Source: an uncultured Verrucomicrobiae bacterium (GTDB lineage Bacteria > Verrucomicrobiota > Verrucomicrobiia > Chthoniobacterales > JAFAMB01). From it: a DNA stretch of 64,000 bases. The DNA is taken from positions 256,001 to 320,000 of the forward strand of contig CAWEXO010000013.1 in NCBI GenBank assembly GCA_963813025.1, written 5' to 3'. The position numbers were made by a program, and so were the translations under genes. Positions 29,510 through 38,732 of this stretch are shown here, piece after piece. The notes beneath the pieces are model-generated. The model had not been told where the DNA came from. It did no database searches and saw only the letters and a program-made list of their open reading frames with translations. The stretch's first letter is position 1. Every line of letters starts with the position of its first letter.

Positions 29510-31180
29510 ATGCAAAACCGTTGGTTCAAAAATGCCATCATTTACTGCGTCGATATCGACACGTATCGAGACGGGAATGGGGACGGTATCGGCGATTTTG
29601 TCGGTCTGCGCCAAAGTCTAAGCTATCTCGCCGGACTGGGTATAACCTGTGTGTGGTTGCTGCCTTTTTATAAGTCACCGGATCGTGACAACGGCTACGA
29701 TATCCTCGACTACTTGTCGGTTCATCCTGCGTTGGGTGATCTCGGAGACTTTGTCGATTTCATGGATGAAGCACGTGATCGCGGTATCCGGGTGATTGTC
29801 GATCTGGTGGTAAATCACACTTCCGATCAACATCCCTGGTTCCAGGCGGCCCGGCGTGGCCATCCGAAGTACCGCAACTATTATGTCTGGCGGACGGATC
29901 GCCCGGGGAATACTCGGGATGAAGTGGTTTTTCCGGGCAAACAGACCGGCGTTTGGCAATTCGATCGCTTTGCGAAAGCCTACTACTTTCACCGCTTCTA
30001 CAGCTTTCAGCCCGATCTGAATAGCTGCAATCCGGCCGTCCGAGATGAAATTAAAAAAGTGATGCGGTTCTGGTTGAATCTTGGCGTTTCCGGGTTTCGG
30101 GTTGATGCCGCACCTTTCGTCATCGCAGAAAAGAGTCCGACAGCCGGCAAGCAACCGCATGAAGTATTTCACTTTCTGGATGAGTTCCGCGAATTTTTAT
30201 CATGGGAACGCGGGGACGCGTTGCTGCTCGCTGAAGCAAACGTGGCTCCAGATCAGATCATGAATTATTTTGGTCAGGAGGGCCAGCGAACGCACATGGT
30301 CCTGAATTTTTATGTGAACCCCCACATTTTCCTGGCATTGGCTGACCAGTCACCCGATCCCATCGTGCGGAGTCTCAGTGCGCTCCCGCAAATTCCGCCG
30401 AACTGTCATTGGGGATATTTCCTCCGTAACCACGACGAATTGGATCTCAGTCGCTTGACTGAGCCTGAACGGAATCGCTGTTTTGCTGCTTTTGCGCCGC
30501 AGAGGGCCATGCGGTTATATGATCGCGGAATTCGCCGGCGCCTCGCACCGATGCTTGGAGCGGACCGAGCCAGAGAGTTGCTCGCCTACAGCCTGATCTT
30601 CACCTTACCGGGAACTCCCGTGCTCTGGTACGGAGAAGAAATAGGGATGGGCGAAGATCTCAAACAGGTCGAACGCAACAGCGTTCGCACCCCGATGCAG
30701 TGGACGGCCGATCTGAATGCAGGTTTCTCGCCCGCTCCAAAGAATCAGTTGCGCCGGCCGGTGATTAGCACCGGCCCCTTCAGCTACAAGACGGTTAACG
30801 CCCAAGCGCAACGACGCGACCCTGGTTCGTTGCTCAATGCGCTCGAAAGAATGATCCGTACGCGAAAGGAGTATCCGGAATTCGGTGGTGGAAATTACCG
30901 TATGTTGCCGACGAGCGCCCCGGAGCAAGTCTTTGCCCATGCCTGCGAATCCGAGAACGGAGACGGTGTGATCGCTGTCCACAACTTTTCTGATACGCGT
31001 GTTGACGTCACAATCGAGCTTTGGGATTCCTTCGATTACTTGGTCTACCTTTTCAGCGAAATTCCAAACCAGCCAATCGTCCAGCGGAAGCTGGCACTAG
31101 CGCTCCCGCCCTCGGGCTTTGAGTGGCTGCGCGCCAAAAAGGCAGTGCCCGCGCGGCGTAAATCAGATCGCGCTGGTTAA
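29510..31180 (+). CDS. GH13 alpha-amylase family, trehalose synthase (TreS)-like
   Basis: DGNGDGIGD, DLVVNHTSDQHPWF, GFRVDAAP, EAN, LRNHDELDL. Confidence 0.9.
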   Translation: MQNRWFKNAIIYCVDIDTYRDGNGDGIGDFVGLRQSLSYLAGLGITCVWLLPFYKSPDRDNGYDILDYLSVHPALGDLGDFVDFMDEARDRGIRVIVDLVVNHTSDQHPWFQAARRGHPKYRNYYVWRTDRPGNTRDEVVFPGKQTGVWQFDRFAKAYYFHRFYSFQPDLNSCNPAVRDEIKKVMRFWLNLGVSGFRVDAAPFVIAEKSPTAGKQPHEVFHFLDEFREFLSWERGDALLLAEANVAPDQIMNYFGQEGQRTHMVLNFYVNPHIFLALADQSPDPIVRSLSALPQIPPNCHWGYFLRNHDELDLSRLTEPERNRCFAAFAPQRAMRLYDRGIRRRLAPMLGADRARELLAYSLIFTLPGTPVLWYGEEIGMGEDLKQVERNSVRTPMQWTADLNAGFSPAPKNQLRRPVISTGPFSYKTVNAQAQRRDPGSLLNALERMIRTRKEYPEFGGGNYRMLPTSAPEQVFAHACESENGDGVIAVHNFSDTRVDVTIELWDSFDYLVYLFSEIPNQPIVQRKLALALPPSGFEWLRAKKAVPARRKSDRAG

Positions 31181-32359
31181 GATTTCCGTCAGTTCCTGGT
31201 CCGTCAACTCGACTGGATTAGCTTTCATGCTGCTGGCGTTACGGCTTCTCGTGACCACTGCTGGGATCGATTCGCGAGTTATCCCAAACGCGCTTAGCCG
31301 GGGTATCTCGAGCGCTCGGCAAAGCTCTTGCACCCACAAAACGCCGGCCTCCGGACTTGCCTGATTGGACCGCAGTAAAAGCCGGCTCAAGTCCGTGAAG
31401 CGCTGAAGAGCGGGGCTCTCGGAGAGCCGCTCGCGCAAGGCTTGCAGATTTGCCTTTAGGACGGCTGGAAGCAGAGCCGCGCAGATCGCTCCGTGCGGTG
31501 CGGAAAACATGCCGCCGAGAGGAGCGGCTAGTCCGTGAACCGCACCCAGACCAGCGTTCGCCAGCGCCAAACCGCCAATTAAACTAGCCAGAGCCATGTC
31601 TTCGCGATGCTCGAGTTTTTCCCCGTGCTCATAAGCCGGCTGCAGAGACTGCGCGGCCCGCGCAATGCCCGTTTGGCAAAGAGCGTCGGTCAGCGGATTT
31701 GCTCGCACGGACAAGTAGGGTTCGATCACCTGTGTGAGCGCGTCCATCCCCGTGAATGCGGTGATCTTCTGTGGCAAGTTGAGGGTTAGTTCCGGATCGA
31801 CGAGCGCCACTTCTGGCAGTAGGAATCGGCTCCGCAGACTGACCTTTACCTGCTTGCTCTCAACCGCGAGTACGGCGTTGCGCGTAACCTCGGATCCAGT
31901 ACCGGCCGTGGTCGGGACGGCGATACAGGGGACCCCTGGCTGCGGCAGGTTTCGGCCGCGTCCAACCACCTCGACGTAGTCGAAGATCGTCCCATCGGAA
32001 TGCATAAGTCCGGCTACCGCTTTGGCTAGATCGAGCACACTGCCGCCTCCAAAGCCGATAACAAGTTTAGCCTCAAAGCTACGGGCTCCAGCCACCTCTC
32101 GGTCGACCTGTTCAATCGCGGGTTCGCCTGCCACTGCTATGTCGCGCCAGGCGATACCTTCTCGGTCCAACTGTTCGAGCAGTGGTTGAGCGCGCGACAA
32201 GCTGCGGCCGCGCACTACAAGAGCGCGCTGCCCGAATTCTTTCGCGAGTTTCCCGATTTGACGAAAGACTCCACAGCCAAAGTGGATGCGCCGATCAGTA
32301 ACAAACTCGAATGTGCCGGAACCCTTCTCCTGTTTCACGTGAAGAATTTCGCCCGGCAA
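31163..32359 (-). CDS. Iron-containing alcohol dehydrogenase
   Basis: GGGSVLDLAK, PTTAGTGSEVT, GLGAVHG, HG. Confidence 0.92.
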   Translation of the reverse strand: MPGEILHVKQEKGSGTFEFVTDRRIHFGCGVFRQIGKLAKEFGQRALVVRGRSLSRAQPLLEQLDREGIAWRDIAVAGEPAIEQVDREVAGARSFEAKLVIGFGGGSVLDLAKAVAGLMHSDGTIFDYVEVVGRGRNLPQPGVPCIAVPTTAGTGSEVTRNAVLAVESKQVKVSLRSRFLLPEVALVDPELTLNLPQKITAFTGMDALTQVIEPYLSVRANPLTDALCQTGIARAAQSLQPAYEHGEKLEHREDMALASLIGGLALANAGLGAVHGLAAPLGGMFSAPHGAICAALLPAVLKANLQALRERLSESPALQRFTDLSRLLLRSNQASPEAGVLWVQELCRALEIPRLSAFGITRESIPAVVTRSRNASSMKANPVELTDQELTEILTSAI

Positions 32360-32442
32360 TGTGACGCGAGCAAGCAGCCGTCATCCGCAATGGACGAGAC
32401 CGATGCGCTGCGTTAAGCTGGCTGGCAGATTCCTGAACCATC

Positions 32443-33684
32443 GTGACCCAGCCGGAAGCAGAAAACGCCAACGTCGATCTGGAGCTTTTCCGATTCCTGC
32501 TCGAGAACACCACTGATCAAGTTTATTTCAAGGATACTGAAGGAAGATTTCTCCGGGCAAGTCGTGCGGTCGCCAAGTACATGGATGTGCCTCGGGCGGA
32601 AGATCTGATTGGCAAAACGGATTTTGATTTCTGGTCGACAGAGACAGCTCGGGAAGTGTCGGCTGATGAAAAACAGATCATGGCGACCGGCGAACCGCTC
32701 GTCGGAAAAATCGAACGCTTGGTTCATCCCGATGGACGCATCACCTGGGATTACACCACGAAGATGCCGCTGCGTGATTCGACGGGCAAAATCATCGGAA
32801 TATTTGGAATCAACAAGGATTTCACTGCCATCAAAACCATGGAAGACGCTCTGGCCGAGGAGCGCAATCGCTTGCGGGAATTGACCAACGAACTGGCGGC
32901 AAAAAATGCGCAGCTCGAAGCCGATATGCGGATGGCCCGCGACGTGCAGCTTGCTCTTTTGCCGCGCGACTATCCAAAAATCATTGAGTCCGGTGTGTTC
33001 GGACACGCTCGTCTTTCGTTTGCCCATCACTATCATCCTGCCGCCATGGTAGGCGGAGATTTCTTTGATATCTTTCCACTCTCGTCCCAGAAAGTCGGCA
33101 TACTCATTTGCGACGTGATGGGACATGGTCTGCGAGCCGCCTTAATCACCGCCATCATCCGGACGCTTTTAGAGGAGCTTCGTCCGGTAATGCACAACGC
33201 GGGAAGGCTCCTGAGTATGCTCAACCTCCATCTTCGCGCGATTCTCGAGAGAGTGGAGGAGCCTTTTGTCGCGACCGCTTGTTATTTGATCGTCGACACC
33301 GGAGCGCACCACGTGCATTTCGCGAGTGCCGGGCATCCCGCGCCGGTTCGCCTGTTTCGTGATCCGCCCCGATCCGAATTGCTTCAGCATGATTCAGGCC
33401 GGCCAGGGCCGGCCCTGGGACTTTTTGACGATATCTCCTATCGGACCACTGAACGGCCGTTTTCGGGCCGAGACGCGATCGTGCTTTTTACCGACGGTCT
33501 TTTTGAAGCGGAATCGCCCAAGGGTGAGCAGTTTGGGACAGCACCGCTCCTGGACTGCTTTCTCCGGCATGCTGCTCTGCCCGTGCAGGATTTATCTCGG
33601 GCGGTTCTGGCTGACGTGCAAAAGTTCTCGGGCAGGTCCGACTTTGAGGACGATGTCTGTATCGTCGCGGTTGAACGGGTCTAG
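32443..33684 (+). CDS. PAS-domain SpoIIE/PP2C phosphatase (RsbU-like)
   Basis: PAS (VYFKDTEGRF), GGDFFD, DVMGHG, FTDGLFE, DDVC. Confidence 0.92.
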   Translation: MTQPEAENANVDLELFRFLLENTTDQVYFKDTEGRFLRASRAVAKYMDVPRAEDLIGKTDFDFWSTETAREVSADEKQIMATGEPLVGKIERLVHPDGRITWDYTTKMPLRDSTGKIIGIFGINKDFTAIKTMEDALAEERNRLRELTNELAAKNAQLEADMRMARDVQLALLPRDYPKIIESGVFGHARLSFAHHYHPAAMVGGDFFDIFPLSSQKVGILICDVMGHGLRAALITAIIRTLLEELRPVMHNAGRLLSMLNLHLRAILERVEEPFVATACYLIVDTGAHHVHFASAGHPAPVRLFRDPPRSELLQHDSGRPGPALGLFDDISYRTTERPFSGRDAIVLFTDGLFEAESPKGEQFGTAPLLDCFLRHAALPVQDLSRAVLADVQKFSGRSDFEDDVCIVAVERV

Positions 33685-33878
33685 CGTCGCTAGTCCCGGG
33701 GTCCCGAGTCCCGAGTTGCGGGTTAGAAAGTCCAGGAGTCGCAGGAGTTCCCGAGTTGTAGGAGTCACAAAGAGTAACGCTGACAGCATCGAGGGACTAG
33801 GAGCTTCCTTCCCTGAACTCCTAATTTCTTCACCGCGTGAGATCCAACTGCCCAGCTTTCCGCGTACTCTGTGTAGGT

Positions 33879-35000
33879 ATGTTAGCGAGCTTCGTTGACG
33901 GGCGGGGAATAAGGACATTTTGTTACTCCGCGGGGAAAAAGGGCACGCCGATCATTTTTATTCATGGCGCGCTGCTGAATGCCGACTTGTGGATCCGGCA
34001 ACTGCTCGATCTCTCCCGCCATTGGCGTTGTTTTGCTTATGACTTGCGCGGACACGGACGGACCGGGCCATCCGCCTTGTCCCGTTACACAACGCAAACC
34101 TATGCTGACGATCTCTCGGCGCTGCTCGATGCGCTTGAGCTGGAGAAGCCTGTACTTTGCGGACTGTCGCTCGGCGGCATGATCGCGCAGACGTTCGCAG
34201 CCAGTCACCCCGAACGAGTGTCGCGCCTGATTCTCTGCGATACCGGATTATCGACTAGTTATTTTCTTTCCGACCGGCTCTATAATTCCGCTGTTGGCTG
34301 GACGGTGCCATTTCTCATCCCCTCGCTGGGCGTGCCGCGGTTCCGGGAGTTTACGCGTCAAGTGAATCATTTTATCGGCCATCGTCATTGGGTGAGCAGG
34401 ACCACCGAAGGCGAGCGGTTCGCTCACATGGCCATGGAAAAAGTTGATCCGCGGGAGATGGTAAAGATTTTTGGAGCAGTTCTCAGTTTCAACGGCACGA
34501 TGCTGCGGCATCCGGGGATTCCAACGCTTATTCTAAATGGGGAATTCGATTCTCCGCTGATTCTGCGCCAGGCCCCCGTTCTTCGCCGTGTTTGTCGCGG
34601 TGCGGAGTATCGGATCATTCCGGCGGCCAGTCATTTGTCTAACCTGGACAATCCTACTTTCTTTCGCATTGCCGTTGAAAAATTCCTTGATGCCGGGGTT
34701 GACCGACCAGGAGTTCTGCCACACTTGCCGCAGGCTCGGCAGCAGGTCTCCGGCTCCTCCGGAGACCTGCTGCTTTCATTGAGGCTCGCGCGAGAAAATA
34801 AACGTGACGTAGCGCGGACGGCCTCGAGCGTACCACGTAAGACGTACGGCCTCGTGCGTCGGGCTTTGTTCCTGCGCAACAACAAATTGGGCCCGGCCAC
34901 CGGCGTGCCGGTATCATGCGATAGAAAAGGCTCTGTGCCGGTAGGGCGAAAATTTATTCGAGCGCCAAGCGAGAACTTGGTTGAGTCGCGCGCTACTTAG
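33879..35000 (+). CDS. Alpha/beta hydrolase; C-terminus reads into a REPIN-like element
   Basis: IHG, DLRGHG, GLSLGG, ASHL. Confidence 0.85.
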   Translation: MLASFVDGRGIRTFCYSAGKKGTPIIFIHGALLNADLWIRQLLDLSRHWRCFAYDLRGHGRTGPSALSRYTTQTYADDLSALLDALELEKPVLCGLSLGGMIAQTFAASHPERVSRLILCDTGLSTSYFLSDRLYNSAVGWTVPFLIPSLGVPRFREFTRQVNHFIGHRHWVSRTTEGERFAHMAMEKVDPREMVKIFGAVLSFNGTMLRHPGIPTLILNGEFDSPLILRQAPVLRRVCRGAEYRIIPAASHLSNLDNPTFFRIAVEKFLDAGVDRPGVLPHLPQARQQVSGSSGDLLLSLRLARENKRDVARTASSVPRKTYGLVRRALFLRNNKLGPATGVPVSCDRKGSVPVGRKFIRAPSENLVESRAT

Positions 35001-35071
35001 GCACGCCACTCCCCAGACGGCTCAAACGAGTTCTCGCTTGGCGCTCGAATAAATTTTCGCCCTACCGGCAC
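34935..35071. repeat. GTAG-type REP doublet (REPIN-like hairpin), copy 2
   Basis: Arms near-identical to 21871..22015, different central spacer. Confidence 0.85.
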
Positions 35072-35120
35072 CGGGTTAATAACACGTTGCGAGACAATGT
35101 CTGAATAGGAGTTCGGACTT

Positions 35121-35307
35121 TCCAGACCCGTTCCAAATGGCCGAATAGATGTGTCAATCGCGTCTCTGTTTTCTGGCTCGGACTCCGATTCTCCAGAAAA
35201 CAGCCGTAGTCGTAAGACCAGGTGGTTTCTCAATTCCCGGTATCCACCGATCATGGATCTGCACGGCGCTCACCGGAAATCATGTCCTGTAATGGAACGG
35301 GTACGGA
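35121..35307. ncRNA. Candidate structured RNA or MITE (multi-branch fold)
   Basis: Closing stem ACCCGTTCCA/TGGAACGGGT enclosing five hairpins. Confidence 0.4.
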
Positions 35308-35380
35308 CGTGCGTTTGAGTTTTCCGACGGAAGTTTGCTGCTGAGCTGCCGGGCCCCGTTTGTTAGATTCGTTTGATATT

Positions 35381-35785
35381 ATGACACCTATCAATCACAT
35401 CGAAGGAATTGGAAATGTAAATACGGCAAAATTTGAGGCGGTCGGCATTAACACGGTAGAAGAGTTGTTGGAGGCCGGAAAGACGTTGAAGGGCCGCAAC
35501 GAGCTCGCGGCCAAGACAAACCTTTCCGAACACCACATTTTGAGGTTGGTGAACTACGCCGACCTGTTTCGAGTTCCCGGGGTAGCCCGGCAATACGCGG
35601 AATTATTGGAATCGGCCGGCGTTGATTCCGTTTTGGAACTGGCTCAGCGTCGCGCCGACCACCTGCACGAAAAATTAAAAGCAGCCAATGAAGTCCGCAA
35701 ACAGGTGCATGTGGTTCCCGGCGTGACGACGATTCAGCACTGGATTGATGAAGCCAAGAAGCTGCCTCGCGTTGTCAGTTACTGA
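35381..35785 (+). CDS. DUF4332 domain protein
   Basis: IEGIG, ADLFRVPGV, ELLESAGVDSV, WIDEAKKLPRVVSY. Confidence 0.88.
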   Translation: MTPINHIEGIGNVNTAKFEAVGINTVEELLEAGKTLKGRNELAAKTNLSEHHILRLVNYADLFRVPGVARQYAELLESAGVDSVLELAQRRADHLHEKLKAANEVRKQVHVVPGVTTIQHWIDEAKKLPRVVSY

Positions 35786-35878
35786 GCTAAACAGCGAGGC
35801 CGCTGGACCACGGAGAACCAGCGCTCAACGTTTTCCTCAACCCACTAAATCATCTTCTCGCTCTGAGGCGCGGCCTCG

Positions 35879-36041
35879 CTAGTGCACCGTCTCGCATATA
35901 AGGGTGCCGTCGCCGCAGGTCAGTTGGCTGTTTTTCAAGGCGCGAGCGAAGCGCCCATATCTGAATTCATACGGGTCGAGCGAGCAACGCCGAAAAACAG
36001 CCAACTGGCCGCGGCCCATTATATGCGAGACGGTACACTAG
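35879..36041. mobile_element. 163-bp MITE with 23-bp terminal inverted repeats bounded by CTAG
   Basis: CTAGTGCACCGTCTCGCATATAA ... TTATATGCGAGACGGTACACTAG (1 mismatch). Confidence 0.8.
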
Positions 36042-37032
36042 CAGCTAGACGATCCCTTACCTGTGCCGCGATTTCGAACGAGCGGATACGCGCCGCATGA
36101 TCATAAAAATGGCCCGATAGCATCAATTCGTCAGGTTGAGTTTCTTCAATTATTCTCCGAAGCCCACGTTCCACGGTTCCCGGTGAACCGATAACGGAAT
36201 AGGCCAGCACATGGTCGACTTGCGCTCTTTCGGCATCGGACCCATAACTCGCGATGTTGTCGATGGGCTCCGGAACCTGACCCGGCATTCCGCGTCGCAG
36301 ATTGATGAAAGACTGTTGCACCGACGTAAACTGACGTTGTGCCTCCGCATCGGTATCGGCGGCGAACACGTTCACGGCAACCATCGCATAAGGCCTGTCT
36401 AATTGACGAGAGGGCTTGAACCGGGTGCGGTAGACGGCCAGCGCTTCCATCAAGTCAGCGGGGGCGAAGTGAGAGGCGAAGGCAAAGGGCAAGCCGAGAT
36501 GAGCCGCGAGTTGGGCGCCGAAAAGACTTGAGCCAAGCAACCAGAGGGGCACTCGGGTACCCGCACCCGGCACTGCCCTTATCTTCTGTCCGTCTACGGC
36601 AGGCTCGAGATAAGCCTGAAGCTCCTGCACATCATAAGGAAAAGAATCGGCGGCGGCGACCGGATCACGACGAAGCGCTCGGGCGGTCGCCATATCGGTG
36701 CCAGGAGCGCGGCCTAACCCGAGATCAATGCGACCCGGATAAAGCGAGGCAAGGGTGCCGAACTGCTCGGCGACAACGAAGGGCGAATGGTTGGGCAACA
36801 TCACACCGCCAGAACCGACGTGAATCGTTTTGGTTCCGCTTGCCACATAACCGATCACCACCGCAGTCGCCGCGCTGGCAATGCCTGGCATATTATGATG
36901 CTCCGCCAGCCAGTAACGGCGATAACCCCAATCTTCTGCGTGCTGCGCCAGATCCAAAGAATTATGCAAAGCGTCTGCGGCCGTTTTACCCGCCGCTATG
37001 GGAGAAAGATCAAGCACGGAGAAGGGGATCAT
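36019..37032 (-). CDS. LLM class flavin-dependent oxidoreductase (luciferase-like)
   Basis: [39 protein letters not shown]. Confidence 0.93.
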   Translation of the reverse strand: MIPFSVLDLSPIAAGKTAADALHNSLDLAQHAEDWGYRRYWLAEHHNMPGIASAATAVVIGYVASGTKTIHVGSGGVMLPNHSPFVVAEQFGTLASLYPGRIDLGLGRAPGTDMATARALRRDPVAAADSFPYDVQELQAYLEPAVDGQKIRAVPGAGTRVPLWLLGSSLFGAQLAAHLGLPFAFASHFAPADLMEALAVYRTRFKPSRQLDRPYAMVAVNVFAADTDAEAQRQFTSVQQSFINLRRGMPGQVPEPIDNIASYGSDAERAQVDHVLAYSVIGSPGTVERGLRRIIEETQPDELMLSGHFYDHAARIRSFEIAAQVRDRLAASVPSRI

Positions 37033-37220
37033 GACCGGGAAAATTAACATGATTCTTGTTCAACCAAAGCCCGGTAGATTGGCAGCGCGCGAATTCAGAG
37101 CCTGGAAAATCCTTTGAGACGGCCATTGATGATCTTGGCGAAAGCGTTCTGGTCAGGACAGCGGTGGCAGGTCTTCCAGCTTGCCAGTAACCGGCAGGAT
37201 TTCTCGGACTTTGGTCTCTT

Positions 37221-37302
37221 GTCCCAAAGGGACGTCAGGACTACCAGTGGTTTTAACCCCTGGAAAACCGTTCTCCAGTCGTTTCGCCCTGAAGGGGCGA
37301 AA
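37221..37302. repeat. Three-hairpin REP-like intergenic unit
   Basis: GTCCC-AAA-GGGAC; CCAGTGGTTTTAACCCCTGG; TTTCGCCCTGAAGGGGCGAAA. Confidence 0.6.
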
Positions 37303-37342
37303 GATTCCAGTGCCTTCGTCCGGCCCAGAGCGTTGACCAAGA

Positions 37343-37984
37343 CTAATACCCCTGTTGTTCACTTTTGTTGGTCGCCCGCGCGATCATTAGTCCCCAAATC
37401 AGACCAAATCGCGCTCTTGTTGCGGATCGGATGTCCAGCTTTGCCGAGGCCAACAAAAGGTGCAATTCGCGCTGGGTATAACACCGTTGATACCCGGGTT
37501 CGATCAGTTTGAGGACAATGTCGAAGAGCCGGCACCAAAAGAAATCTTTGCACCAATCCAGAATCACCACGGCTCCGTTTTGCTTAACGACGCGTCGCAT
37601 TTCTGCCAGACTCGCCTCTGGCTGGTCGAAGTAGTGCAACGCGCTGGCCGAGACAACCACATCAAAACTGTGATCGGGAAAGGGTAAGTCCGCGGCGCTG
37701 GCAGCGTGGAAGCTGACGTTCGGGTAAGCCTGGCACTTCTGCGCGGCGACTTCCAACATTTTAGCGGAAACATCAATGCCGGCCATTCGTTGTTCAGGAT
37801 GTTCACCCAACACCAACCGCTCGAACTCGCCGGTTCCACAGCCAATATCCAGAATTGCCGCCTGCGGCGATGGGCAAGCCCAAAACTTCAAAAAGGTCAG
37901 TGTTTTGGTCGTGTAGCGACTCCAGCGCCGATCATATTCTCTAGCCAGCCGATCGTAAGTTCGACGAAGCGCTGCATCAGTCAT
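37343..37984 (-). CDS. Class I SAM-dependent methyltransferase
   Basis: ILDIGCGTG, LPFPDHSFDVV. Confidence 0.9.
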   Translation of the reverse strand: MTDAALRRTYDRLAREYDRRWSRYTTKTLTFLKFWACPSPQAAILDIGCGTGEFERLVLGEHPEQRMAGIDVSAKMLEVAAQKCQAYPNVSFHAASAADLPFPDHSFDVVVSASALHYFDQPEASLAEMRRVVKQNGAVVILDWCKDFFWCRLFDIVLKLIEPGYQRCYTQRELHLLLASAKLDIRSATRARFGLIWGLMIARATNKSEQQGY

Positions 37985-38000
37985 CAGCGAATGTAAGTGT

Positions 38001-38732
38001 TCAAGGACGTCGGGCCGCTATTAATAGAAACATTGGTCGTTCGCGTTCCTCGGCGAGTTCCGGCTTGGCTGCGATCTGGTCATCAGTTGGGCCCCATTCC
38101 TCGATATGGGAGATCGTAAACCCGGTGCGAATCAGCAAATTGACGGTAGTTCCAATGGTCCGGTGTTGTTTAACGACACCCTTGGTAAGCCAGTCTGTCG
38201 TGCGCGGTCCTTCGGTAAGGTAATGATCGACCGGCCAGATCTTGCGACCTTCTCTGTCGACCAGCCACGCCGGCCTTGTCGACGCCATATAGATCGGATG
38301 CTCAATGGAAAAAATGAATTGGCTGCCGGGCACGAGAGCACGATGCAGCGAGATCAGGAGTCCAGCCAGGTTTGCGATGTAGTGCAGCACGAGCGAACTG
38401 TAAGCAAGATTGAACATCGCCTCCGGCAGTTCGAGCCGCTCAATGTCGACTCTGGCAAAGGTAATTGCGGGATCCGAGGTCGCCACCTTTGCCCGTTCCA
38501 ACATCTTTTCGGATACGTCCAGCCCAACGACTTGCGCCGCTCCTCGCTCGCTGGCCCAGCGGCAGAACCATCCGAAGCCACATCCGAGATCCAGGACTTT
38601 AAGGCCCTTTAGATCGGGAAGCAGTGCTTGTAGCGACGGCCATTCTGGTCCGCCGTCCAACCCTTCGATTGAGCGGGGTAGCTGGATATAGCCTTCGAAA
38701 AACTCCGGGTTATCGTAGATATTCTGTGTCAT
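38001..38732 (-). CDS. Class I SAM-dependent methyltransferase
   Basis: QNIYD, VLDLGCGFG, SSLVLHY, SIEHP. Confidence 0.92.
   Translation of the reverse strand: MTQNIYDNPEFFEGYIQLPRSIEGLDGGPEWPSLQALLPDLKGLKVLDLGCGFGWFCRWASERGAAQVVGLDVSEKMLERAKVATSDPAITFARVDIERLELPEAMFNLAYSSLVLHYIANLAGLLISLHRALVPGSQFIFSIEHPIYMASTRPAWLVDREGRKIWPVDHYLTEGPRTTDWLTKGVVKQHRTIGTTVNLLIRTGFTISHIEEWGPTDDQIAAKPELAEERERPMFLLIAARRP

Noticed and set aside
35108..35123. Minus-strand GGAAAGTCCGAACTCC resembles the RNase P RNA P4 signature
   Set aside because: None of the other conserved RNase P blocks follow, and the downstream sequence is the REPIN-like element
35121..35307. Retron msr-msd or 6S RNA interpretation of the structured element
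   Set aside because: No reverse transcriptase in the window; the fold looks multi-branched rather than rod-like
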